Below, piece after piece: positions 19,537-29,323 of a stretch of DNA of 64,000 bases. The DNA comes from Opitutales bacterium. GTDB taxonomy: Bacteria > Verrucomicrobiota > Verrucomicrobiia > Opitutales > JABSRG01. The translations under genes were made by a program, and so were the position numbers. Position 1 is the stretch's first letter; every line of letters begins with the position of its first letter. Below the pieces are notes generated by a model, which worked only from the letters and a program-made list of their open reading frames with translations, was not told the DNA's origin and ran no database searches. The stretch is from the NCBI GenBank assembly GCA_049599475.1, contig JBMYOQ010000010.1, positions 1 to 64,000 of the forward strand, given 5' to 3'.

Positions 19537-21012
19537 TCAAATATTCCGCAATCCGGAGAAAGGGTTAAGCAAACGAGACCGCAAATATTGGCGCTCTTGC
19601 CTCAAAAGGGTAAACCAAACCGCAAATCCAGATGCAGTGATCAAGACTAGCGGTTTCGCATAGAATAAAATAGACCCAGCACTTACAGAAAAACGACTCA
19701 TCAGTGCAATAATCATTGCCATTAGGCCAAATCTCGCAATCCGCCCGTAATCATAGCGAATTTTGAGGCTTATACTGGAGCTAAAGCAGTTGTATAAAAA
19801 CAGGGTCATCGCCATTAGAAGGTACCCTCCCAACATCGACATGGACGCCCCTAATTCTTCGAGCCCAGGGCACAAAAGAACCGCTAACACGATAGCACAT
19901 ATGGCCGCCAACATCTGAATCGGCGTAATCATTGCAACGCGTTCGCCAAAGTACAGAGGAGGAAGAAACAGGTTAAAGAATCCTGAGATAGCATATGCAG
20001 CTCCCACGATAGCAATGATCTTTCTCGCATCATAATAGCTCTCATTCACCAAGTAGAACATTAAAACATCGGCGAGCGCAAATAGGCAGAGGCATACAAA
20101 ACCAATCATCACGGCGTAATAACGAGTTAGCCGACCAAACAACTCGGTAGCCTCATCCACCCGTGCGTGATACTTCATAAAGAATGGATACCAAGCAGTG
20201 GCCAACGCGCCAACCACCATATTAACCGATGTACCCAATTGAAAACCTACCGTGTAAATCCCGAGAGTTGATTCGCCATGAAAGCCTTGAAGTGCGTACT
20301 TACCCGCATTGGCCATAATGAAAAGAAAAGCGAAGCTAGGCACGAGAGGAAGACCTACTTTTAAAATTTCAAACATGATTTTCCTAGAAACCACCGGTCT
20401 TCCTTTCATTTTGGCAAACAAAAATCCCAACAGTAAGCTAATCAAGTTTCCAGCCAACTGTGCATAAATTAATGCGAGCACCCCATGTTTCCAAATCACA
20501 ACACCCACGAGACTCAGCACGACAGTAGCGAGTGTACTCGACATACTTATCACAAAAAATCTTCTAGCCTTTTCCTCAAACTGTATCCTCTGAGTGAGCG
20601 GACTAGAAACAATCGCAACTGCAGTGCCTGTGAGTAGCAAGGACGCATAAACACTGTAAGCCTCATCCAACAAAACACACTTTAACAGAAGCCCAGGCAT
20701 CGCCCACGATATAAGCATGAGGACCCATGCACTCATCGCAGCAATTGCCAGAGCCGTCCAGGTCACATGCCTTCGGGCCAGATCGCATGAAGCTTTAAAA
20801 TATTGAGGCCCCATAGCTCCATTGAGACCCAAACCAAAAACCGGCTGAGCTATTGTGCCCAATAATACCAGTAAGGCATACACACCATATTCCTCTGTGC
20901 TCAGATTTTCGGTAAGGATCGGCAGAAGCAATAGAGTAGAAAAGCGCTGCAACATGCTGCTCATCCCATAGATCAAAGAACTACCGAGGAGCGACGATAT
21001 AGGGCTGTTCAT
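19537..21012 (-). CDS. wzx: Wzx-type oligosaccharide flippase (MOP family)
   Basis: ~12-14 TM; LLLPILT..LSTEEYG, GIYTVG motifs. Confidence 0.85.
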   Translation of the reverse strand: MNSPISSLLGSSLIYGMSSMLQRFSTLLLLPILTENLSTEEYGVYALLVLLGTIAQPVFGLGLNGAMGPQYFKASCDLARRHVTWTALAIAAMSAWVLMLISWAMPGLLLKCVLLDEAYSVYASLLLTGTAVAIVSSPLTQRIQFEEKARRFFVISMSSTLATVVLSLVGVVIWKHGVLALIYAQLAGNLISLLLGFLFAKMKGRPVVSRKIMFEILKVGLPLVPSFAFLFIMANAGKYALQGFHGESTLGIYTVGFQLGTSVNMVVGALATAWYPFFMKYHARVDEATELFGRLTRYYAVMIGFVCLCLFALADVLMFYLVNESYYDARKIIAIVGAAYAISGFFNLFLPPLYFGERVAMITPIQMLAAICAIVLAVLLCPGLEELGASMSMLGGYLLMAMTLFLYNCFSSSISLKIRYDYGRIARFGLMAMIIALMSRFSVSAGSILFYAKPLVLITASGFAVWFTLLRQERQYLRSRLLNPFSGLRNI

Positions 21013-21039
21013 TGGCTCAGATTAATTCGTCGAGGTATC

Positions 21040-21543
21040 CTAAATATGTTTCTCCCCATCTGCACTCACAACTCCATCCTGCTTCGCAGGCACCCCTTTC
21101 ATGAGCGCCATAGGTGGGACATTTTTAGTCACTACAGCTCCTGCCGCAATAAAAGCACCCGCGCCAATTAAATTGCCGCAAACGATAGTAGCATTTGCAC
21201 CAACAGTAGCTCCTCTCTTAATAAGAGTCGTTTTGAATTCACTCTTTCTGTCAACTGAAGCCCGTGGATTTAGCACATTTGTCAAGACACAGGAAGGACC
21301 AAGAAATACGTCATCTTCGATAATGACTCCTGTATACAAAGAGACATTATTCTGCACCTTTACGCCATTCCCAATTTTGACTCCAGGAGCCACATAGCAA
21401 TTTTGTCCAAAAATACAATTTTCTCCGATCTCGGATCCTGCGCTGATGTGACAGAAATGCCAAATTTTCGTTCCTGAGCCGATAATAGCGCCATCATCTA
21501 TTACGGCGCTCTCATGAGAATAATATGAGGAGTTTCCGGACAT
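21040..21543 (-). CDS. wbpD: Hexapeptide-repeat N-acetyltransferase (WbpD/WlbB)
   Basis: [34 protein letters not shown]; start set at MSGNSS. Confidence 0.9.
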   Translation of the reverse strand: MSGNSSYYSHESAVIDDGAIIGSGTKIWHFCHISAGSEIGENCIFGQNCYVAPGVKIGNGVKVQNNVSLYTGVIIEDDVFLGPSCVLTNVLNPRASVDRKSEFKTTLIKRGATVGANATIVCGNLIGAGAFIAAGAVVTKNVPPMALMKGVPAKQDGVVSADGEKHI

Positions 21544-21547
21544 ACGA

Positions 21548-22492
21548 TTATGTATTTGATGCTTGATGAAGAATATTGAGAACAGCAATTCCTTCAGCAG
21601 CATCAGTCTTCGGATTTTCTCTAGTTGCACATGAATTCAAAAAATGCCGACATTCATCTGCGAGCGGCTCTCTTTCTGACAAAGGAATGTAGTGAATGTC
21701 ACTGCTATTGAGGTAGTCTGAGCGCATAAACAGTTTCTCGCCCCAGGGCTGCGTATCGTCAAATACAGCCATCGCTTTTTCACCGACGATGGTCAGCTTC
21801 TGTTCTTTAAAAGGATTCAGCCAGCTCACTTGAATATTTGCGTATTGATTCCCTTTAAAGTGAATATCCATGGATGCCATATCAGCCACGCCTTTATTCA
21901 GGTAAAAATGTTTTCTACATTGAACGCTCTCTATCTCTGAATCTGGCAACAGGCTCAAAATGACCGAAATATCATGCGGTGCAAAGCTCCATAGAACATC
22001 TTCCTCTTTCCGAATCTTACCAAGATTCAGGCGTCGAGAAGTGATCGTATGAATCTTCCCAAAAAATCCGTCAACGACACGATTCTGAAGCTCAATTACT
22101 GCCGGGTGATATTGCAAGAGATGACCGACCATCAAGATACGCCCGTTAGCCATGGCACACTCTTTGAGCTCTTTAGCCTCTTCTAGGTCGAGACAAATGG
22201 GTTTTTCAACAAAAACGTCCTTACCCGCTATCAACGCCTTTTCAGCAATCTGAAAGTGAGTGGCCGCAGGAGTGGCAATAGCCATCTGCTTAATTTCAGG
22301 ATTGCTCAAGACAAAATCCATGTCGCCCACCACGGATACGTCTGAATACATCTCCGCGTTTTTCGCGGCAAGGGCTACATCCGGCTCACAGATGCTGTGT
22401 AAAGCTCCAAGCTCGTGGAAGTTTCGGGCAAGATTTTTGCCCCAATAGCCACAACCTATGAGCGCTAAACTCTTCTTATAACTATCCCTCAT
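21548..22492 (-). CDS. wbpB: Gfo/Idh/MocA oxidoreductase (WbpB/WlbA-like 3-dehydrogenase)
   Basis: [19 protein letters not shown]; between wbpE and wbpD. Confidence 0.82.
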   Translation of the reverse strand: MRDSYKKSLALIGCGYWGKNLARNFHELGALHSICEPDVALAAKNAEMYSDVSVVGDMDFVLSNPEIKQMAIATPAATHFQIAEKALIAGKDVFVEKPICLDLEEAKELKECAMANGRILMVGHLLQYHPAVIELQNRVVDGFFGKIHTITSRRLNLGKIRKEEDVLWSFAPHDISVILSLLPDSEIESVQCRKHFYLNKGVADMASMDIHFKGNQYANIQVSWLNPFKEQKLTIVGEKAMAVFDDTQPWGEKLFMRSDYLNSSDIHYIPLSEREPLADECRHFLNSCATRENPKTDAAEGIAVLNILHQASNT

Positions 22493-23579
22493 ACAAATGT
22501 CGTAATGAATCGATAACTTTTTGCTGGTCGGCTTTCTTAAAATATGGATGCATCGGAATACTGAGAACTTCTTTCGAGGCTTTTTCTGCTACTGGAAAGT
22601 CACCCATTTGGTAATTCAAGTTAGAAAAAACAGGCTGCTCGTGGAGGCATTGCGCATAATACACGGCCGTAGGAATTCCTTGCGCTTTCAGTGATTGAGA
22701 AACCGCGTCACGATCTTCTACTCTCAAAGTATATTGGGCATAGACATGCGTATTACCATAAGCAACAGAAGGTATTTGGCAACAACGGGCAAGCCCCTTG
22801 GAGTAGCGTTGCCCCACCTCAGCCCGCAGCTTAATTTCGTTTTTAAATGCAGGAAACTTGGCCAATAAAATTGCCGCCTGAAGAGTGTCGCAACGCCCAT
22901 TCGTTCCTACCAACGTATGATTTCCACGGCGCACTCCTCCATGATTTACAATAGCGCGTATCTTAGGAGCAAATTGCGGGTCCGAGGTAAAGAGAGCCCC
23001 ACCGTCGCCATAACAGCCAAAAGGTTTTGCTGGGAAAAAGCTCGTACACGCGATGTCTCCAAAACTACAGCTTCTGCAGCCATTGTGCTCAGCCCCGAAG
23101 CTCTGCGCCGCGTCCTGGATTACATACAGCCCATGCTCACGAGCAATGGCTTCGATCGCTTCATAATCGGCCATTTGCCCAAATAAATCCACGGCGATTA
23201 TGGCTTTCGTTTTTTCGGTGACAGCCGCTAGAACTTGCTTTGGCTGAATATTGAAAGTATCCGGGTCAATATCCGCGAAGACAGGCCTAGCGCCGACTAA
23301 TGCTATTGTTTCAGCTGTACTAATCCACGTAAAAGGCGTTGTTATGACTTCATCACCGGGACCTATTTCAAGCGCCCGCAAAGCGACTTCTAGCGCCATC
23401 GTGCCGCTCGAAACCGCGACACATTCGTCCACATTGCAAAACTTACTCAATGTAGACTCCAAGGTCTTCACCTCGGGCCCATTAATAAAGCGGCGATGCT
23501 CCAAAACGCGCTTAATAGCAGACTCAATCTCCTCACGAGACTGCTCATGTATAGCTCCTACATCTATAAATTCCATCAT
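22482..23579 (-). CDS. wbpE: DegT/DnrJ PLP aminotransferase (WbpE/WlbC)
   Basis: SGTMAL, DAAQSFG, TSFFPAKPFGCYGDGG, AQYT. Confidence 0.9.
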   Translation of the reverse strand: MMEFIDVGAIHEQSREEIESAIKRVLEHRRFINGPEVKTLESTLSKFCNVDECVAVSSGTMALEVALRALEIGPGDEVITTPFTWISTAETIALVGARPVFADIDPDTFNIQPKQVLAAVTEKTKAIIAVDLFGQMADYEAIEAIAREHGLYVIQDAAQSFGAEHNGCRSCSFGDIACTSFFPAKPFGCYGDGGALFTSDPQFAPKIRAIVNHGGVRRGNHTLVGTNGRCDTLQAAILLAKFPAFKNEIKLRAEVGQRYSKGLARCCQIPSVAYGNTHVYAQYTLRVEDRDAVSQSLKAQGIPTAVYYAQCLHEQPVFSNLNYQMGDFPVAEKASKEVLSIPMHPYFKKADQQKVIDSLRHLYEG

Positions 23580-24871
23580 GCTTTCCAGAGCCTTGCCATA
23601 CTAGAAGCAGCATCTTCTTTGCTGATCGCATTGCGCGTGTCCAAAACCACAGGCACATCGCGTAAGAGACGCTGATAATCAACGCCATCATGCGAGGTTG
23701 TAATAACCACCGCATCGAATTGCGCAAAGTCATCAGTCTCCCAATCGATAGATTGCAGACCTGCCCAACGCGCATGGGCACGTGTATTAGGAATAGCCGG
23801 GATATATGGATCGTAGTATTCAAGTTGACCACCTAACTCATCAATATTTTCCATAATGGCCAGAGCAGGAGACTCACGCATATCATCGACATTTTTTTTG
23901 TAAGCCATACCAACAATCAGGATACGGCTCGATTTTATCGCTTTACCTATATCGTTTAGTGCAAGAGTCAATCGCTGCACCACATAGCCAGGCATCTGAT
24001 GGTTTACTTCTCCAGCAAGCTCAACGAATTTTGTGGGTAAGCCTAACTCTTTCGCTTTCCAACTCAGATAAAACGGATCTATTGGAATACAGTGCCCACC
24101 AAGACCCGGGCCTGGATAAAAAGGCATGAACCCAAATGGTTTTGTTTTCGCGGCTTCAATGACTTCCCACACATCGATCCCCATCTCAGTATAGATCATC
24201 TTGAGCTCATTGATCATCGCGATATTCACGCTCCTGAAAATATTTTCAGTTAGCTTGGCCGCTTCAGCTACTCGGCAAGAGGATACAGGAATGACTGTGT
24301 CAATGACCCTCGAATACATCGATATAGCTTTCTCCAGGCATGCCGGTGTCATCCCGCCTACAAGCTTTGGGATAAGCTTCACCTTGCTCTCGGCGTTTCC
24401 TGGATCCTCGCGCTCCGGAGAGAATGCTGCATTAAAAGTCTTGCCAAGCTTCAGCTGCGAATACTGCTCAATAGTCGGAACAAGTAGTTCTTCGGTCGCC
24501 CCAGGATAAGCGGTAGATTCGAGCACCACCACTGTGCCCCCCTTTAAAAACGGAGCCATCGAGCGGGCGGTACTCTCTACGAAACTCATATCCGGCTGCT
24601 TATACTTATCTAGCGGAGTCGGCACACATATAATAACCGCAGACGCATCTGCAACATCTCCATAATTAGCACTGGGCAGCAGTTTTCCAGAGCCCACAGA
24701 AGTCGCAATCCGATCTTCAGTAATATGTCGAATATATGACTTTCCAGCCCTGAGTTTATCTACCTTAGATGCATCTACATCAAGGGCGCATACCTCGATA
24801 CCAGATTCGGCAAACAAAAGGGAAAGTGGCAGCCCCACATAGCCTTGGCCAATAATAGCGATCTTCTGCAT
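23576..24871 (-). CDS. wbpA: UDP-GlcNAc 6-dehydrogenase (WbpA-type nucleotide sugar dehydrogenase)
   Basis: GQGYVGLP, CVPTP, FSPEREDPGN, GPGLGGHCIPIDP, YKKNVDD.RESP. Confidence 0.92.
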   Translation of the reverse strand: MQKIAIIGQGYVGLPLSLLFAESGIEVCALDVDASKVDKLRAGKSYIRHITEDRIATSVGSGKLLPSANYGDVADASAVIICVPTPLDKYKQPDMSFVESTARSMAPFLKGGTVVVLESTAYPGATEELLVPTIEQYSQLKLGKTFNAAFSPEREDPGNAESKVKLIPKLVGGMTPACLEKAISMYSRVIDTVIPVSSCRVAEAAKLTENIFRSVNIAMINELKMIYTEMGIDVWEVIEAAKTKPFGFMPFYPGPGLGGHCIPIDPFYLSWKAKELGLPTKFVELAGEVNHQMPGYVVQRLTLALNDIGKAIKSSRILIVGMAYKKNVDDMRESPALAIMENIDELGGQLEYYDPYIPAIPNTRAHARWAGLQSIDWETDDFAQFDAVVITTSHDGVDYQRLLRDVPVVLDTRNAISKEDAASSMARLWKA

Positions 24872-25276
24872 TCGGTTTCAAAGATTGAGTAAAATTAGGC
24901 CATCGAGTCGAGCCAGTTCTAGCAATAAATTCATAGAGATCATGAGGACACAAAAGTCAGTCTAACCAATTCGACTCTATTCCCCAAACCTGAATATATA
25001 ATCTCGCTAAACTAGATGCCCTCCAAACCGCTACAAAAGATTTGATTTAAGAAATCAGAAGAGGCACCAAGCTCGATCGACCAAAAACAAAAAGGCATAG
25101 CAACTCTACGCTAGCGCCCAAAGAAGATCATGGTGCCACAAGGCAGAAGTGTATCAAAAGACCGCCGAGAGCCCTAAAATAGGGCGATTTCGAGGAACAG
25201 GCCCCTCCTCAATCCGGATTTGTTCATCCCAATTAACTGTATTAAACAAGAATAATCATAAAACAGCGTCCGTATA

Positions 25277-26935
25277 CTAGTTCCAATCGGGGGGAGCCGC
25301 CGTCACACGAGCAAGGACTACACCCATACGCCTCACTTCGTAGATTGACTCGCCAGGGAGTAGATCTGCAAAGCCATTACGCGATATAGATATAAAAAAG
25401 TCTGGATGCTCATTCGGTTCCACAACGATAAACCCCTCGGGCAAATAAATCGCGCCCAACGCAGGCGGAGGGACAACAATTTTTCCGAACCGATCTAAAA
25501 CTCGATCATATGGCGGGTGCATTGACACACGCACAGAATCGACCACAGGTTTCGGGTTCCCCTCTCGAATATATCGGACCAATCCTGCCACAGCTTCTTT
25601 GTAAGAGGTCCCCCAATATTCTGCGTCAAACCTGTCCGCACCACGAACATACCCACCACTTAACCGATTAAAATACGTGTATTGATAGGGATGTATTTTT
25701 ATTTGATCAAAAAGCCCGCCGAAAAATAAAGATCCGAGCAAGAATAACAGGATGCCACGCACTTTATGACTTCTTAGTTCAGACAATAATTTATACATAA
25801 AGAATGCACTAAGAACAGCGATCATAGGCACTACAAAAAGGATATGCCTAAACCCATCATATACTGTCGAACTTTTAAGAATAATGAAAGCTGGCGGAAA
25901 AAACGCCATAAAAATAAGCATCGAAACCTTAATACATTCACTGGAAGTAAAAACAGACAATCGCTTTATATTTCTTAATACAAACACTCCTAAGCCAGAG
26001 ACACCTCCTACAAGCCAAAGATCGGGCAATCCAATTAAAAGCCACGTTAACAAATAATTCCACGGCAACTCATCGGCCCTATATTCGATCCCTTCGAACA
26101 GCACGACACCTTCCCACCCAAAGCTAGTTACCGACTCAAGCGCTCCCACAGCTGTTGAAAACGGGTTTGCGTGCATGGAAGGCAAAAAAATCAACAACAA
26201 TACCAACGCAGGCAGCGAGGCGCATAAAAACCAAAGAATCATACCCTTGAGCTTCCCTAGGAGATCGGATATTGAAGACTTAGACCCAAATATACAGACA
26301 AGAAAACGAAGCAGAAAGAAAAACCCCAAATAGCAAAATAGCAATAATCCTCCCACGCGCACACTCATGCAAACACCTGCGATAACCCCAAAAAACCATG
26401 CCCACCTTAAGTCGAGCTCTCTTTCGGAATAAACTGATCTGATAATCGCCCAAACTCCCCAAACGAACGTTGCCGCAAATGGAATATCTTTTGGGTTAAT
26501 AAACATGTGGCCCCAATAACGGGAGCAGGCAGCCAGCAATATACCCGCTAGGAGACCGAGCCACGGCCCTCCAATCTCACGGGCCAACATCATTGCGCCT
26601 CCAATACCGAGCAAACCAAACGCTGCAATGAGAAAGTGACCGGAAACCACATCATCAAACGGAGAAATTGCTCTTAGGCCAGCAACACTTAAATCATAGA
26701 GCCCAGGGTAACTGTCCGTGTGCTGCCGAAGGAATTTGGCTCTCTCAAAATCACCCCCAACCAAAGCTTTGTAATAGGCAATCTTAGTCTCACCTGACTG
26801 GTATCGAAAAACTTCATCCCAGCTCAACCCATAATCCCAGACGGTTTGCAGGATCAGTAGGCTTAAAACCATTAGTAGTAATAGGGATGCTCGATTCGCC
26901 CAAGCCTCGTTACTTTTAATTGAGTCAATCATCAA
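25277..26935 (-). CDS. GT-C (GT39/ArnT-like) membrane glycosyltransferase
   Basis: GLSWDE first loop, NPKDIP, YDGFRH, HPYQYTYFN, EYWGTS; many TM. Confidence 0.8.
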   Translation of the reverse strand: MMIDSIKSNEAWANRASLLLLMVLSLLILQTVWDYGLSWDEVFRYQSGETKIAYYKALVGGDFERAKFLRQHTDSYPGLYDLSVAGLRAISPFDDVVSGHFLIAAFGLLGIGGAMMLAREIGGPWLGLLAGILLAACSRYWGHMFINPKDIPFAATFVWGVWAIIRSVYSERELDLRWAWFFGVIAGVCMSVRVGGLLLFCYLGFFFLLRFLVCIFGSKSSISDLLGKLKGMILWFLCASLPALVLLLIFLPSMHANPFSTAVGALESVTSFGWEGVVLFEGIEYRADELPWNYLLTWLLIGLPDLWLVGGVSGLGVFVLRNIKRLSVFTSSECIKVSMLIFMAFFPPAFIILKSSTVYDGFRHILFVVPMIAVLSAFFMYKLLSELRSHKVRGILLFLLGSLFFGGLFDQIKIHPYQYTYFNRLSGGYVRGADRFDAEYWGTSYKEAVAGLVRYIREGNPKPVVDSVRVSMHPPYDRVLDRFGKIVVPPPALGAIYLPEGFIVVEPNEHPDFFISISRNGFADLLPGESIYEVRRMGVVLARVTAAPPDWN

Positions 26936-27072
26936 AAATTATCTCAGCTATACCCATCATCCTGAATGCAATACATACGACCGTTTCGCACAAAACCATA
27001 GCGGGCCCGCAACTTCGTAACCATTAGCCAACCCATTTCGTAAGAGCCATATATCTCCCTAGAATAAACAAA

Positions 27073-27831
27073 CTATGAGGATTCAAGAACTACGGTCATG
27101 CGATTGCATAAAAACTGAGCTATCACTTGGGGAAACATGGCCTCTATTTTGTGCAGACTTTGAATCACCCACATGGGTGCAAGCGCGTTCCTAGAATAGC
27201 CTCCTGTAACGAAATATGCCAAGCACTCATGGTATGATTCATCTACAACGCGGAGTCCGATCTTCTGTAGGGTTCCGTCTACTTCAGACCGAAAATTCCT
27301 GAACAAACCGACTCCCATTCCCATATTCGCGAATCCTCCACCGCTTTCGTTCGGGGCAAATTCAAACGGTGGTTGGATCAGCTCGGGCAAGCAAGGCTCA
27401 TGGTGAAAGAGCCTGTATAATAGCTTACCTCCTATAGTCGCGCTGGGCTCGATCAAAACCAATCGCCCCCCAGGTCTCAAAGCCCTACTCACAGACTCGA
27501 AAAATTTTAAAGGCGCTCGCAAATGGTGAAGCACGTCTAGCGCAAAGATCGTGTCCCAATGCCCCGACTCTGAGATTTCATAGGCGGAGACAGCACAATC
27601 CACGTATTCGGTTTTTATCAAATCACTGGTCGTTACAGTCGGCCAAAAATCTTTTATTCGGCCGATACCAGACCCAAGCTCCAATATACGCGCGCCTTTA
27701 GCATGTGCCTTCGCTCGCTGATAAAACTGACCATAAATCCACCTCAAACTTGGCGAAGATTTCCACTTAGCATAGCTTCGATCCAGTAGCGCTAGATCAT
27801 AGGTAAACTCTTCTGGAGCTTCGGCCTTCAT
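27073..27831 (-). CDS. Class I SAM-dependent methyltransferase
   Basis: LELGSGIG, DVLHHL, LRPGGRLVLIEP. Confidence 0.88.
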   Translation of the reverse strand: MKAEAPEEFTYDLALLDRSYAKWKSSPSLRWIYGQFYQRAKAHAKGARILELGSGIGRIKDFWPTVTTSDLIKTEYVDCAVSAYEISESGHWDTIFALDVLHHLRAPLKFFESVSRALRPGGRLVLIEPSATIGGKLLYRLFHHEPCLPELIQPPFEFAPNESGGGFANMGMGVGLFRNFRSEVDGTLQKIGLRVVDESYHECLAYFVTGGYSRNALAPMWVIQSLHKIEAMFPQVIAQFLCNRMTVVLESS

Positions 27832-29267
27832 TTTGTCCCCCTCTTTTTGCGCTTACAGAGCGGGTAAAAGAAGAGAGAGCCCAAACCTTTCCAGGTCATC
27901 TTAAACAAAATAGCACCATGCCGAAACCGCGAGATATTAGTATCACCGTATGTACGGTCAGCGTAACGAACCGGGATATCCCGTATCCTCAAATGATAGA
28001 GCGCCGCTCCAAAAAGAAGGTTAAAATCACCGAACGGATCGAAATCACCCATCTTCTTTTCCACAAGATCAATCAGCCTCTCAAAGTCATGGCGACTCAC
28101 CATTTTAGTGCCGCAAAGACTATCTTTAATCCTCTGGCCAAGTACTAGACTGAGCGCCTCCGCAAAAAACTTGTTTCCAAGCAAATTTAGAAAACGCATC
28201 GCACCTTTCTCCATTGGATATACAAGACGACTCCCGTTCGCGAACTCCGCAGATCCGGAAACAATAGCTTGATAAAATTTCGGCAAGTCTTCTGGAGGCG
28301 CAGTTAAATCAGCATCTTGGATTACCAGCAAATCCCCTTTCGCCTGCGCAAATCCCGCTCGAACGGCATCCCATTTCCCGATGCCAGGCTGTTTCAAATA
28401 ACTCAATTTCAGCGGCCCCTCATAGCGGGCCACCTCGGATTCAATCGTAGCCCATGTATTGTCCTTACTATTCCCCTCGACAAAAATCACTTCGGTCCAG
28501 GTCCCCATCTGAGGTATTCGTTCTAACGCCACAGAAATATTTCCTGCTTCATTCCGAGCCGGCACAATCACCGAGCAGCTGGGGTTCGGATTCAAATCTG
28601 AAGAATGCGCCGGCCTCGCAACAAAAACAATACTGACACAAAGGTGCCTAATGATCGGGAGTCGGGCCAACCAACGATTACATAAATTTGAGATGAGCGG
28701 TACCTCGAAAGGGAACAATTGCTCCGATCGAACGGATATCACTTCCCACCCTGATAACTCAAGCAGATTTCGTAAATCGGGCCTTGAAAGCCAGTTCATT
28801 TCGGAAATCGGTTCGCACAGCCCGATCTTATTCAAAAGTCCAAGGAGAGGAGCATAAATCGCATTCAGAGAGGTAAGAATCAATCGCGTATCCGAACGGG
28901 CATCATTCAAGGCATTTTCGAGTGCAGCCTGAATGTCTGGGACATATGGAGCCAAATAATCCATAACAATAGCCTCATAGGTTTTCCCGCCTGGCTCCAC
29001 TGAGGACATAATATCGCAAACTTCAAAATCCACGCCCTCATGCATATCCCTAGCTCTCTGGATCATAGGTTCGCAAAAATCGCGCCCCATGCGCTCACGC
29101 GCGCTCAGCTTCGCGAGCAATCGACCAGAAGCACAACCCCATTCAAGGACGCTTTGTCGACCCCCGATCAAATGTTCGATGATTCGCGCTCGCTGAGACA
29201 AAAACCCTTTCTGGTATTTTTGTTTAGGCTCCCCGCGTTCAGCACGATCCGTAAAATATTCTAGCAT
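27828..29267 (-). CDS. Methyltransferase-GT2 fusion (polyprenol-P glycosyltransferase type)
   Basis: N-terminal LEWGCASG MTase motif; C-terminal VPARNE, VEGNSKD, QDADL, DSLCGTK, DPFGDF. Confidence 0.88.
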   Translation of the reverse strand: MLEYFTDRAERGEPKQKYQKGFLSQRARIIEHLIGGRQSVLEWGCASGRLLAKLSARERMGRDFCEPMIQRARDMHEGVDFEVCDIMSSVEPGGKTYEAIVMDYLAPYVPDIQAALENALNDARSDTRLILTSLNAIYAPLLGLLNKIGLCEPISEMNWLSRPDLRNLLELSGWEVISVRSEQLFPFEVPLISNLCNRWLARLPIIRHLCVSIVFVARPAHSSDLNPNPSCSVIVPARNEAGNISVALERIPQMGTWTEVIFVEGNSKDNTWATIESEVARYEGPLKLSYLKQPGIGKWDAVRAGFAQAKGDLLVIQDADLTAPPEDLPKFYQAIVSGSAEFANGSRLVYPMEKGAMRFLNLLGNKFFAEALSLVLGQRIKDSLCGTKMVSRHDFERLIDLVEKKMGDFDPFGDFNLLFGAALYHLRIRDIPVRYADRTYGDTNISRFRHGAILFKMTWKGLGSLFFYPLCKRKKRGTK

Positions 29268-29323
29268 CTAATTTATGAAGTTTCTCCACCTGGATTGCAG
29301 CAAAACATCGTCAATATCGCAAG

